A stretch of 64,000 nucleotides of DNA from Flavobacteriales bacterium (GTDB lineage: Bacteria; Bacteroidota; Bacteroidia; Flavobacteriales; Flavobacteriaceae). This document shows, one piece after another, positions 49,720 to 58,643 of the stretch. Below the pieces are notes generated by a model, which worked only from the letters and a program-made list of their open reading frames with translations, did no database searches and had not been told where the DNA came from. The stretch is from positions 3,532-67,531 of the forward strand of contig JAMONV010000006.1 in assembly GCA_027066365.1 (NCBI GenBank). Reading direction: 5' to 3'. The translations under genes were made by a program, and so were the position numbers. Each line of letters opens with the position of its first letter. Positions within the stretch are counted from its first letter, which is position 1.

Positions 49720-50490
49720 TTATTTTTTTTGCCGGAAGTTTTTTATTATCATTTCACTGATTTTCAGGTAAATTTCCGTCCATTCGGGGTGATTTTGTTT
49801 GAGGTAATCCAAATGTTTTTCTATGGTATGAAGGTCATTTCGTTTGGCGGGTCCCGTAAGGGCCTCGGCGGGTGGGAGTTCGCGAAGTTTGGCAGCGGTT
49901 TCTTCGATTAACGGAAAAAGTAAATCAAAAGGAATGTTTTTACTTTTAAGTATTTCGTATGCGGCTTCATACATCCACATGGAAAAATTTGAGGCGAATA
50001 CGGCGGCTACATGTAAGACTTTGCGTTCCATGTGATTGGAAATGCGCACATTTCGTGAAATGATGGCGGCCAATGTCCGGAGGACTTTCAAATCTTTTTC
50101 ATGGCTAGCTTCCACGAGTATGGGAATTTCGGTCCAATCCGTTTGCCGGTTGGCCGAAAGGCTTTGGAGGGGGTAGAAAACGCCGTGTCGTTTTTGAGCG
50201 ATAATATCCATGGGCAATACGCCTGAAGTATGCACGAAAATTCCTTCCACGGACGGTACTTTCCGGGAAAGTTCATTTATAGCGTCGTCCTTAACGGCGA
50301 TGATATGTACCTTGGCGGGGGGTAGTTCACGGAGTGTTTTTAGCACCTGTAGTCCGGCATTTTTCCATTTTTCGGGATGGCGATTCCAAAGGCTAACAAT
50401 CTTAATTTTTTCCGGATAATTAAGCATGGCTTTCGTCAGTTGACGGGCGACATTGCCACCACCAATGATGTTGACCGTAACGGGTTTCAT
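49720..50490 (-). CDS. Rossmann-fold NAD(P)-binding + DUF2520 domain protein
   Basis: N-terminal IIGGGNVARQL dinucleotide motif. 256 aa, resembling the ProC-like/DUF2520 family. Confidence 0.7.
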   Translation of the reverse strand: MKPVTVNIIGGGNVARQLTKAMLNYPEKIKIVSLWNRHPEKWKNAGLQVLKTLRELPPAKVHIIAVKDDAINELSRKVPSVEGIFVHTSGVLPMDIIAQKRHGVFYPLQSLSANRQTDWTEIPILVEASHEKDLKVLRTLAAIISRNVRISNHMERKVLHVAAVFASNFSMWMYEAAYEILKSKNIPFDLLFPLIEETAAKLRELPPAEALTGPAKRNDLHTIEKHLDYLKQNHPEWTEIYLKISEMIIKNFRQKK

Positions 50491-52415
50491 TGTTCTTCGA
50501 ATTTTAGCATGACTTTTTTGAGGCTTTCGGGCGGCCCTACGATGGTCAGGATGTCGCCGGGGCGTAGGCGTGTGTAGCCGTGAGTCATAACCGTATTGTT
50601 TCGTCGCTTGAGCGATAGTATAATGATATCATGAGGCAGTTTCAAGTCGCGGATATGAAGGCCGACCAGATCTTTGTTGCGTACTTCTACGTCCACCGTG
50701 TCGTGTCCGTCTTCTTCGTTGAGGAGAATTTCCATAGCCACGGGTGAGCGGACGCTGTGTTCGAGCATGCTTACCAATGCGGAGACGGGTTCGATGGTGC
50801 GGACTTTCAATTTTTTAAATTCATTGATATATTTAGCGCTACGGACCGAAGCGATAATTTGTTTCGGAGAGGTGTTTTCATAAAGCCATTCGGCTATTCG
50901 CAGATTGATTCGGTCTTCGGGATGAAGTAAAATAAATGCATCGATATTTTTCAGGTTCAATTTTTTCAAATAATGGGGGCTATATTCTTCGATGCGGATA
51001 ATGGGAATATCGTTGTTTTCAATTTCTTTTTGTGTGGTTATGATTTTCACCTGCCAACCTTTCCTTACTAGTGATTTGGCTAGTGCCAGCGAGATATTAT
51101 CGTAGGAAAAGATAACGGCCGCCTTGCCTTTGTCTTCCCGGAAAATCTTGGGTTTTTTATGGGCCTCGTGAACGAAGTTAAGAGAAAATTTAAACAATGG
51201 AGGTCCCAATATTTGACTTAAAACGATAATGGCAATGACAATGGTTTCGAATTCATGTCCCCAATGGTCGAAGGTTTCGCCTACCAGTGCCGCCAGTCCG
51301 ATGGCAACGCCGGCTTGGGTGATGTAGGGCATCCAAGCTACGGGAATATAGCGTCGCGGGTCTTTGGACCAAATTACGCCGATACTACTGCCAATGATTA
51401 ACGTAATGGCACGAAGCAAGAATAAAATCATTGCAAGGAGAAAAACTTTAAGCAGGGTTTGGATACTCAATCCGGCGCCGGTCAAGGTGAAGAAGAGGAT
51501 GAGGATATAAGGAATGACTTCTTCGATGATTTCTTCGAATTCGGCGCGGTAGGGTGTATAATTTACCACGTAAAAACTGGCTATAATAGCCATAAGTAGC
51601 GGTTCGGTTTCAAAGGAGTGTTTAAAAATTCGACCGGTAAACAATGCCAGTTCGTGGCTGAAAAAATATATGCCATAACCTGTTATTAATACCAATGCGG
51701 TTTTCAGAAAGAATGACCATTTGAATTTCAATACCGCTTTGAGTAGCATACCGAAAAAAATTCCGATGAGAATACTAATAAGGATTTCAAAAAGGAGCAA
51801 AAGGAAGAAGGTGCCGTCGAGCGGATGTCCATTAACGACGGTTTTGGCTATGGAGTAGGTGATGGCAAACAATACGATCACCAGCACATCCATGATAATG
51901 GTGGTTCCAAGGACGGTTTTGGTGAAGGGCCCGCGGGCGCGCATTTCGTTAATTATTGCAATGGCTGATGAAGGAGAACGAGCGATGAAAATACTGCCGA
52001 ATAAAGCCGCCACTACCAATTTTTGCATATTGCCGAGATGTTGCATGAAATATATTTTGTCGGCAATGAGATATATAAAAAATGTGGTGAGCAGGAAGGT
52101 TACGGGCAATTGCGACCAGACCATTCGATTGATGCTTTTGATGCGGCTTCGCATTCCGGAAATATGCAATTCGGCGCCGGCGGAAAAGGCGATAATCGCC
52201 AAGGAAAGGTCGATGATAAAATCCAATTTTTGAACGGCGTCTTCGGGGATATATTTCAAGAGTGAATTTCCGGCCAGAATGCCTATTAAAATTAGTCCGG
52301 TGATGAGGGGGAATTTGTATTTTTTTTGCAAAAACCGTGCGATTTGATATCCGGCCACGGACACCAGAAGAAATCCCGTAAAGTATTTTAAATCCAGTAG
52401 TAAAATGTCGGTCAT
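50487..52415 (-). CDS. CPA2-type cation:proton antiporter with C-terminal RCK (TrkA-N/TrkA-C) domains
   Basis: About 400-aa Na_H_exchanger-like polytopic N-terminal part, then a soluble ~230-aa C-terminus ending in a TrkA-C-like PGDILTIVG block. ATGA overlap with the downstream gene. Confidence 0.8.
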   Translation of the reverse strand: MTDILLLDLKYFTGFLLVSVAGYQIARFLQKKYKFPLITGLILIGILAGNSLLKYIPEDAVQKLDFIIDLSLAIIAFSAGAELHISGMRSRIKSINRMVWSQLPVTFLLTTFFIYLIADKIYFMQHLGNMQKLVVAALFGSIFIARSPSSAIAIINEMRARGPFTKTVLGTTIIMDVLVIVLFAITYSIAKTVVNGHPLDGTFFLLLLFEILISILIGIFFGMLLKAVLKFKWSFFLKTALVLITGYGIYFFSHELALFTGRIFKHSFETEPLLMAIIASFYVVNYTPYRAEFEEIIEEVIPYILILFFTLTGAGLSIQTLLKVFLLAMILFLLRAITLIIGSSIGVIWSKDPRRYIPVAWMPYITQAGVAIGLAALVGETFDHWGHEFETIVIAIIVLSQILGPPLFKFSLNFVHEAHKKPKIFREDKGKAAVIFSYDNISLALAKSLVRKGWQVKIITTQKEIENNDIPIIRIEEYSPHYLKKLNLKNIDAFILLHPEDRINLRIAEWLYENTSPKQIIASVRSAKYINEFKKLKVRTIEPVSALVSMLEHSVRSPVAMEILLNEEDGHDTVDVEVRNKDLVGLHIRDLKLPHDIIILSLKRRNNTVMTHGYTRLRPGDILTIVGPPESLKKVMLKFEEQ

Positions 52416-52418
52416 AGC

Positions 52419-54088
52419 TTACTTGAAGTATAAGTTGAGTTTGGTTACAAATGCTTTTATGGCTTGGTTATCTTTGATGATTAATTCCAATTTTTCTTTA
52501 TCGGTTAAAAATCGGACGGGAATGTTTTTTTGTTCCCGGGATTTGATACGTTTGGTTTTGAGTTCGATATAATCGTTTTGTAAACGTTCTTGAAGGAATT
52601 TCAACAGGCGGTTTGATAATTGATTGAATTCGTTTTCGCTAATGGCGCTGTCGAAACTGAAAAGGAGAATATTTCCGTTGACTTGAGGGTTGCTGTTTTG
52701 AAGCAGAGCCAATTTGCTTTTTTCATTGTTTTGCTTGAGTAAATCGAGGAAAGATTGAAAAGCTTGTTTGAAGTCCGCTTCACTGAACGGGTTATTTTTA
52801 CGTTGTCGTTGAGTGTTGCGGACGGTTTTCATGATGTTGTTTAAACTCAGGTTGCCGGATATCGGGTTTGTATTTTCCGGTTGTTGAGTTTGAGGCGGAT
52901 TTTTTTTGTTTTCGCTTGGTGTGTCGGTTTTTTGCGGTGTATTATGTGGGTGGGTGTTGGCTGGCTGTGACGGAGGTTTGTCGTTTGCAAACGATGTTTC
53001 GGAGGAAGGAGATTTAGGGGTTTGGTTTTTTTTTTTTTCGAAAGCACACCGGCTAGTTTAAAGAGCAGTATTTCGACGAGCAACCTCGGATTTTGACTTG
53101 ATTTGAATTGGATGTCGGTTTGTGAAGCCTGTTCGATGGCTTGAAGTAAATTTCGGTTATCGAATAATTGTGCATGTTCGATGTAGCGATTTTTTATTTC
53201 TTCGCCGGTTTCCACAAGTCCTGCCGTAGCCGGATTTCGAGCCATAAGCAAGTCGCGTAAATGCGTGGACAAACCGCCTATGAAGTGATGAATATCGATA
53301 CCTTTATCGACCAATTCGTTAAAATAGAGGATGAGTTTTTTTTCGTTGTTTTCGGAGATCAGGGATGTTATGTTGAAGTAGATGTCATAATCCAGGATAC
53401 CGAGATATTCGGCCACCAATTGTCGTGTGATATGTTCGTTTCCGAGAGATATGATTTTATCGAAAGCGGAGAGGGCGTCTCGCAAAGCACCGTCGGCACT
53501 GCGGGCGATGAGCATAAGGGCATCGTCATCGGCTCGGATTCCTTCCAGAGAAGCGATTTTTTTCAGGTGTTTTCGGATGTCTTCGGTGTTGATTCGTTTG
53601 AAGTCGAAGATTTGGCAGCGTGACAGGATGGTTGCGGGGATTTTGTGTTTTTCGGTGGTGGCGAGGATAAAAATCGCATGTTCGGGCGGTTCTTCCAAGG
53701 TTTTTAGGAAAGCGTTGAAAGCCGATGTGCTGAGCATGTGCACTTCGTCGATGATGTAGACTTTATATTTTCCTACATGTGGTGGGATGCGCACTTGTTC
53801 GGTGAGTTCGCGAATATCGTCCACGGAGTTGTTGGAAGCGGCGTCCAGTTCAAAAATATTAAAAGATAAATCTTGTTCGGGATTGTCGAGGTATGCTTTA
53901 TTGACTTCTTTGGCCATGATACGGGCGCAAGTGGTTTTGCCGACGCCGCGTGGTCCGGTAAACAAAAGGGCTTGTGCCAACCGGTTTTGTTCGATGGCTT
54001 TTTGTAGTATTTTGGTAACGGCCTGTTGACCGACTACTTCGTCGAATTTTTGTGGTCTGTATTTTCGTGCGGAAACGACGTAGCTCAT
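52419..54088 (-). CDS. dnaX: DNA polymerase III subunit tau; full length (~556 aa) only if a -1 shift occurs in the A13 run at 53026-53038
   Basis: N-terminal AAA+ clamp-loader motifs (ARKYRPQKF, GPRGVGKTT, IIDEVHMLS, SRC). The -1 frame from 53027 is open, encodes a P/Q/S/T-rich linker, and is continuous with the listed 137-aa ORF 52419-52832. Confidence 0.75.
52847..54088 (-). CDS. dnaX: dnaX genomic-frame product (gamma-like, ~413 aa, with a 59-aa out-of-frame K/R/T/H-rich tail)
   Basis: The listed ORF 52847-54124. The start is set at MSYVVSARKYRP (54088) because a TATCTTTG -7 box occupies 54129-54122. Confidence 0.6.
   Translation of the reverse strand: MSYVVSARKYRPQKFDEVVGQQAVTKILQKAIEQNRLAQALLFTGPRGVGKTTCARIMAKEVNKAYLDNPEQDLSFNIFELDAASNNSVDDIRELTEQVRIPPHVGKYKVYIIDEVHMLSTSAFNAFLKTLEEPPEHAIFILATTEKHKIPATILSRCQIFDFKRINTEDIRKHLKKIASLEGIRADDDALMLIARSADGALRDALSAFDKIISLGNEHITRQLVAEYLGILDYDIYFNITSLISENNEKKLILYFNELVDKGIDIHHFIGGLSTHLRDLLMARNPATAGLVETGEEIKNRYIEHAQLFDNRNLLQAIEQASQTDIQFKSSQNPRLLVEILLFKLAGVLSKKKKTKPLNLLPPKHRLQTTNLRHSQPTPTHIIHRKKPTHQAKTKKIRLKLNNRKIQTRYPAT
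53026..53038 (-). other. A13 homopolymer (slippery tract) inside dnaX
   Basis: 13 consecutive T on the plus strand, counted directly. Read as AAA AAA AAA AAA A in the dnaX frame. Confidence 0.9.
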
Positions 54089-54121
54089 AATGTTTTTTAA
54101 ATGAAATACGGTGTTTAGAAG

Positions 54122-54129
54122 CAAAGATA
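54122..54129 (-). promoter_or_regulatory. Bacteroidetes-type -7 promoter element upstream of dnaX
   Basis: The minus strand reads TATCTTTG, 33 nt upstream of ATG 54088. Confidence 0.4.
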
Positions 54130-54209
54130 GTTTTTTTTGATAAATATTAGTGAGGTATTATTGCGGGAAGACGGGAAAAATTGTAGTTTTACGTCATTTA
54201 AAATGTATC

Positions 54210-55217
54210 ATGAAAAAAAAATTGTTGCTACTGTTTTTATTGAGTATTGCTTGTAATCGTTCCGGGCCAAAAGTGTTTGACGGGCATGCTTTGGGAACCA
54301 CTTATCATATTGTAATCACGGGTGATGGCAAAAAGATACGTCAAAAAGATATCGACAAGCTTATTGCTTCACTAAATGCGTCGTTGTCCACTTATCAGCG
54401 TCAATCATTATTATCGGCATTTAATCGCGGCGAAGCCATTATTCCCGGCGAACATATCTTATATGTGATGGGCGAGGCGGGGAAAATTTATCGTGATACG
54501 AAAGGAATATATGATCCGACGGTGGGTGTTTTGGTGAACGCTTGGGGTTTTGGTCCGGGTAAAAGAATCAAAGGTATCGAGCATGATTCGCTCATGGTGG
54601 ATTCGTTACGAAGTTTGGTGGGTTTCGATATGATTTATGTGGATGGAAACGGACGGTTGAGGAAGCGAAAAAAAGGTATGTTTTTGGATTTTAATTCTAT
54701 TGCCAAAGGATATGTAATCGATAGAATAGGGGCGCTTATCCGTTCGCGCGGGTATGACAACTTTTTGGTGGAATTGGGTGGGGAAGTGATTGCTTCCGGT
54801 ATCAATGAAACCGAAAATCGCCCTTGGCGAGTGGGTATAGACTATCCGGTTGCGGGAAATTCGTCCGAAATTGCTTATTTGGAGATGCGGGATCGGGCAT
54901 TGGCTACATCGGGAAATTATCGTAAGTTTCGCATTGATCCCGGGACCGGGCGAAAATATGTGCATACGATAAATCCTTTGACGGGTTATCCGGCGGTGAG
55001 TCATTTGTTAAGTGCATCGGTAACGGCGCCTAATTGCACGGTAGCCGACGGTTGGGCGACGGCATGTATGGCGGGTGGATTTGAAAAGGCCAAATCTTGG
55101 ATTTTATCGAAAGATTTTCTGGAAGGTATTTTGATATATAGCGATAGTTTGGGAAAAATTAAGGTTTGGTATTCGCCGGGATTGGAAGGGAAATTGGTTC
55201 TTGAGAAGGAAATATGA
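54210..55217 (+). CDS. apbE: FAD:protein FMN transferase (ApbE family lipoprotein)
   Basis: Start set at MKKKLLLLFLLSIAC (lipobox). ApbE-like blocks (GTTYHIV, FDPTVG-like YDPTVG, IAKGY, ALATSGNY). Confidence 0.85.
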   Translation: MKKKLLLLFLLSIACNRSGPKVFDGHALGTTYHIVITGDGKKIRQKDIDKLIASLNASLSTYQRQSLLSAFNRGEAIIPGEHILYVMGEAGKIYRDTKGIYDPTVGVLVNAWGFGPGKRIKGIEHDSLMVDSLRSLVGFDMIYVDGNGRLRKRKKGMFLDFNSIAKGYVIDRIGALIRSRGYDNFLVELGGEVIASGINETENRPWRVGIDYPVAGNSSEIAYLEMRDRALATSGNYRKFRIDPGTGRKYVHTINPLTGYPAVSHLLSASVTAPNCTVADGWATACMAGGFEKAKSWILSKDFLEGILIYSDSLGKIKVWYSPGLEGKLVLEKEI

Positions 55218-55336
55218 GGTATATGGGGTGTAGTGAAAATTTTACTCCGGTATGGCTAAGATGAGGATGTATTTTTCATTGATTTTCAATAAGTTGTCGG
55301 ATTCTTATTTTATGATTATGACACCATTGAATAAAT

Positions 55337-56188
55337 TCACAAAGCTTCGTAATTTATTCCGAAGGTGTCTCCGTGATTCAGATCGCCGTATTTAAAGCCG
55401 CGGATAAACCAACGCATGCGTTGGTTGGAAGTACCGTGAGTGAAGGCGTCGGGGACCACATAACCTTGATATTTCTTTTGTAAGCGGTCGTCACCTACGG
55501 CTTGGGCGGCACCTATGGCTTCTTCAATATCGCCCGGCTCCAGAACGTGTTTGGTCTTTTCGATATTTTTGGCCCAAACGCCCGCCAGATAATCGGCTTG
55601 TAATTCGAGGCGAACGGACAGTTTGTTAAATTCGCGTTTGCTCATTCGCCGGCGCAGTTGTTCCACTTTTCCGGTAATTCCGAGTAATTTTTGAACATGG
55701 TGTCCCACTTCGTGTGCGATGATATAGGCGATTGCAAAATCACCGCCGGCACCGAATCGTCGCTTCAATTCGCGAAAGAAATCCAAGTCTACATAAATTT
55801 TTTCGTCGGCGGGGCAATAAAACGGTCCCGTAGCCGATTGCGCCCAACCGCATCCCGCTTGAGTCATCCCCGAATAAATCACCAGAGTGGGGTAGCGGTA
55901 TTGTGCTTGCAGGTCGTGTTTGAAAATGCTGTCCCATACATCTTCGGTGTCTTTGAAAACCACTTTGACGAATTGTGTCAATTCGTCGGTTTTTTGTTGG
56001 CCTTGCGTTTGATGTGTGGGAACGGTTTTCGGATTAATTGGTAATTGTTCGGGCGGTTCGCCGGTTAGTAAAGTGTATGCCAAATAAAACAATAGGGCAC
56101 CGATACTGATTCCTCCAACCGTTTTGGTTGTCCGGTTACCTCGTCGGTCTTCTATGTGACGGCTTTCGCTTCTTCCTCTCCAGCGCAT
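55337..56188 (-). CDS. YpfJ-family neutral zinc metallopeptidase
   Basis: N-terminal RGRSESRHIEDRRG, one TM and a HEVGHH zinc motif. 283 aa. Confidence 0.8.
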   Translation of the reverse strand: MRWRGRSESRHIEDRRGNRTTKTVGGISIGALLFYLAYTLLTGEPPEQLPINPKTVPTHQTQGQQKTDELTQFVKVVFKDTEDVWDSIFKHDLQAQYRYPTLVIYSGMTQAGCGWAQSATGPFYCPADEKIYVDLDFFRELKRRFGAGGDFAIAYIIAHEVGHHVQKLLGITGKVEQLRRRMSKREFNKLSVRLELQADYLAGVWAKNIEKTKHVLEPGDIEEAIGAAQAVGDDRLQKKYQGYVVPDAFTHGTSNQRMRWFIRGFKYGDLNHGDTFGINYEAL

Positions 56189-56327
56189 GTTTGTTTTTCT
56201 TTAAAAGAACAGGCAATTTTAGGGAAAATTTACCGAATTTAAAAATACGATTGTCGGTTTGCTGCGGGAGATTTTATGCAAAATATGTCGAATGATATTT
56301 GCTATTCCTGATTGAAGGGTTAATTTT

Positions 56328-58154
56328 GTGAAAAATTTTTTGGCGATGCATGCCGGAAGACACGAGCGATGGTTCAGATGGGCTGTGAAATTTCATAAAT
56401 GGCGATATCGCCACATAAGTGATGAGACCTACATGGCTATACTGAGTATTATAATCGGTATTGTGGGTGGACTGGTGGCGGTTACCATAAAAAACCTGAC
56501 TCATTTTATCGAATATTTTTTGCAGGAGACATTTATTAAGCGGATTTATTTAACGTGGTATTTTATTTTTCCCATAGCCGGGATAGGGTTTACGGTTTTT
56601 ATTGTTAGGAAACTGATCAAGCGTCCCGTTGATGACGGAATTCCGGTTATTTTATATTCGATAATGAAATTGAAAAGCCTAATTCCGGGATATCATACAT
56701 TTGCTTCGTTGGTAACGGCACCCATTACGGTGGGTTTCGGTGGTTCGGTGGGTTTGGAAGGTCCGTCGGCATTGACCGGTGCGGCGATAGGTTCGCGCAC
56801 GGCAAAGCTTTTGCATCTGCATTTGCGACAGAGGAATTTATTGATTGCAGCGGCTACGGCGGGTACTTTTTCGGCCATTTTCAAAGCGCCGGTTGCCGGC
56901 ATTATGTTTGTTATTGAAGTTTTGAGTTTCGATTTGACCATGACCAGTATGGTGCCGCTCATTTTGGCGTCCGTTTCGGGAATTTTAACCAGTTATTTCT
57001 TTTTGGGAAAAAATATTTTGTTGCATTTTGAATTAAAAAATCCTTATACGTTTTCGGAAATTCCGTTTTTTATATTGTTAGGTTTGACATCGGCCACAAC
57101 TTCCATTTATTTTATTAAGGTTTATTTTTGGATAGGAAGGTTGTTCGATAAAATAAATGCAGTATGGAAAAAATGGCTTTCGGGCGGTATTCTTTTGGGG
57201 GTTTTACTGTTTTCATTGCCGGCACTTTACGGTGAAGGTTATGATGTGATTAATCATTTGTTGGAAGGAAATTATCATTATGTGGTCAATCAATTTCCCA
57301 TAGCGATTAACCATAACGATTTGCATTGGGTGATTTTGGTGATGATTCTGTTGGTAAGTTTTAAAGTGGTGGGTATGGCTTTTACGCTGCATTCGGGAGG
57401 AATAGGCGGTGTATTTGCGCCTACCTTGTTTACGGGCGGGGTTTCGGGTTATGTGCTTGCCATGGTGATAAATTATTTGGGTTTTTTCTCGTATGAATTA
57501 CCTACGGAAAATTTTGCTTTGGTAGGAATGGCCGGTGCCATTGCAGGGGTGGTTCAAGCTCCTTTAATGGCTATTTTCCTCATTACGGAACTCACGGGCG
57601 GACACACACTCATGGTGCCTTTGATGATTGTGTCCACTTTATCGTATCTGATAACCAAGCGTTTTACAAAATACAGCATTTATACGATGCAATTAATTAA
57701 CAAAAGCCCTATTCCCACGCATAATAAAGATTATTTTGCAGGGATTTTAATCGATTGGGAAGAAGTGCTGGAAAATAATTTTTTACCGGTCACTCCGGAT
57801 ATGAAATTGGGTGCTATGTTGATGAATACGGTTACACGTTCGAAGCGGAATATTTTTCCCGTGCTTGATGAAGAACATCATTTGATTGGCGTGGTGTCGA
57901 TGGATGATATTCGCCATATTATGTTTAACCGTGAATTGTATGATAAATTGAAAATCAGGGATTTGATGCATCGACCGCCTGATTATATTTTGTTTAAACG
58001 GGATGATTTCCAAAAGGTCATGCAGCGTTTTCAGGAAACGGGTGCGTGGAATTTACCTGTGATTAAAGAAGATGGAACTTATGTCGGATTTTTATCCAAA
58101 TCGAAACTGTTGAGTGTTTATAGGAAAAAATTATTGGAGATTACATCGGAATAG
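56328..58154 (+). CDS. ClC family chloride channel / H+-Cl- antiporter with two C-terminal CBS domains
   Basis: Selectivity-filter-like blocks GGSVGLEGP and GIGGVFAP. A C-terminal CBS pair. The listed start is GTG 56328; ATG 56346 is an alternative. Confidence 0.85.
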   Translation: MKNFLAMHAGRHERWFRWAVKFHKWRYRHISDETYMAILSIIIGIVGGLVAVTIKNLTHFIEYFLQETFIKRIYLTWYFIFPIAGIGFTVFIVRKLIKRPVDDGIPVILYSIMKLKSLIPGYHTFASLVTAPITVGFGGSVGLEGPSALTGAAIGSRTAKLLHLHLRQRNLLIAAATAGTFSAIFKAPVAGIMFVIEVLSFDLTMTSMVPLILASVSGILTSYFFLGKNILLHFELKNPYTFSEIPFFILLGLTSATTSIYFIKVYFWIGRLFDKINAVWKKWLSGGILLGVLLFSLPALYGEGYDVINHLLEGNYHYVVNQFPIAINHNDLHWVILVMILLVSFKVVGMAFTLHSGGIGGVFAPTLFTGGVSGYVLAMVINYLGFFSYELPTENFALVGMAGAIAGVVQAPLMAIFLITELTGGHTLMVPLMIVSTLSYLITKRFTKYSIYTMQLINKSPIPTHNKDYFAGILIDWEEVLENNFLPVTPDMKLGAMLMNTVTRSKRNIFPVLDEEHHLIGVVSMDDIRHIMFNRELYDKLKIRDLMHRPPDYILFKRDDFQKVMQRFQETGAWNLPVIKEDGTYVGFLSKSKLLSVYRKKLLEITSE

Positions 58155-58165
58155 TGAATGCCGGA

Positions 58166-58295
58166 GTCAAAATCGTTAAACCGTTGAACCATGCAATCGC
58201 GGGGTGAAGCCCCGTCCCGCCCGTAATTTTCTTTGAAGTGCGAAGAACAAAACCGGAAAATCCGGTGCGGGATGGAATTGTTAAACCGTTGAATC
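58166..58295 (+). repeat. 130-nt structured intergenic element, copy B
   Basis: 127/130 identical to 49311-49440. Mismatches are at 58168, 58208 and 58294. Starts 11 nt after the clc stop codon. Confidence 0.85.
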
Positions 58296-58318
58296 GTTAA
58301 ACCGTTAAATCGAATAAT
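58279..58318 (+). repeat. 8-nt periodic micro-repeat array (TGTTAAAC CGTTGAAT CGTTAAAC CGTTAAAT CGAATAAT)
   Basis: Five phased 8-mers overlapping the 3' end of copy B, followed by a TTCGCCGC box and a 40-nt C/T-only tract (58331-58370). Confidence 0.7.
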
Positions 58319-58376
58319 GGCTTCGCCGCGCTTTTCCCTTTCTCCTTTTCCCTTTTCCCGTTTCCCTACCGCACCG

Positions 58377-58413
58377 TTTTTTTATGCTTGCCATCTAACT
58401 CAGCATAAAAAAA
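58377..58413. terminator. Perfect 12-bp A/T-rich hairpin (possible bidirectional terminator)
   Basis: TTTTTTTATGCT (58377-58388) pairs with AGCATAAAAAAA (58402-58413) around a 13-nt loop. Confidence 0.45.
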
Positions 58414-58643
58414 GGCGATTGAGATTAGGCATTCTTCATTTGCCGCGCACTTTCAAAATCTTCTCCATTCTGTAAAAACATTAAAATTATTATTTTGCTT
58501 CGGTTCGTTTTGTTTAAAGGTGACTTGATAATATTATTGCCGAATGTGAGAAATCTATTTTTCGGGTTTTATGCGATAAAACAAAACGAGTGAAAACTAA
58601 CATTTATCAGTTCCGAACCGGGCATAATTAATCCGAAAAATTT

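Noticed and set aside
8146-54124. N-terminal extensions in the ORF track: mrdA to 10071, gldJ from 13803, the unknown gene from 17844, gldK from 19038, gldN from 22821, pnuC from 27281, S41 to 33676, M23 to 34795, YeiH to 47206, and dnaX to 54124.
   Set aside because: The extensions overlap upstream genes, a tRNA or promoter boxes. Internal Met codons give canonical signal peptides or family N-termini, often with ATGA/TGATG coupling.
49311-58295. The two 130-nt direct repeats as boundaries of an 8.9-kb mobile or excisable element.
   Set aside because: The enclosed genes are housekeeping (dnaX, apbE, an antiporter, clc). There is no integrase, transposase or recombinase, and no compositional break is visible. 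Both copies sit in ordinary 3' intergenic positions.
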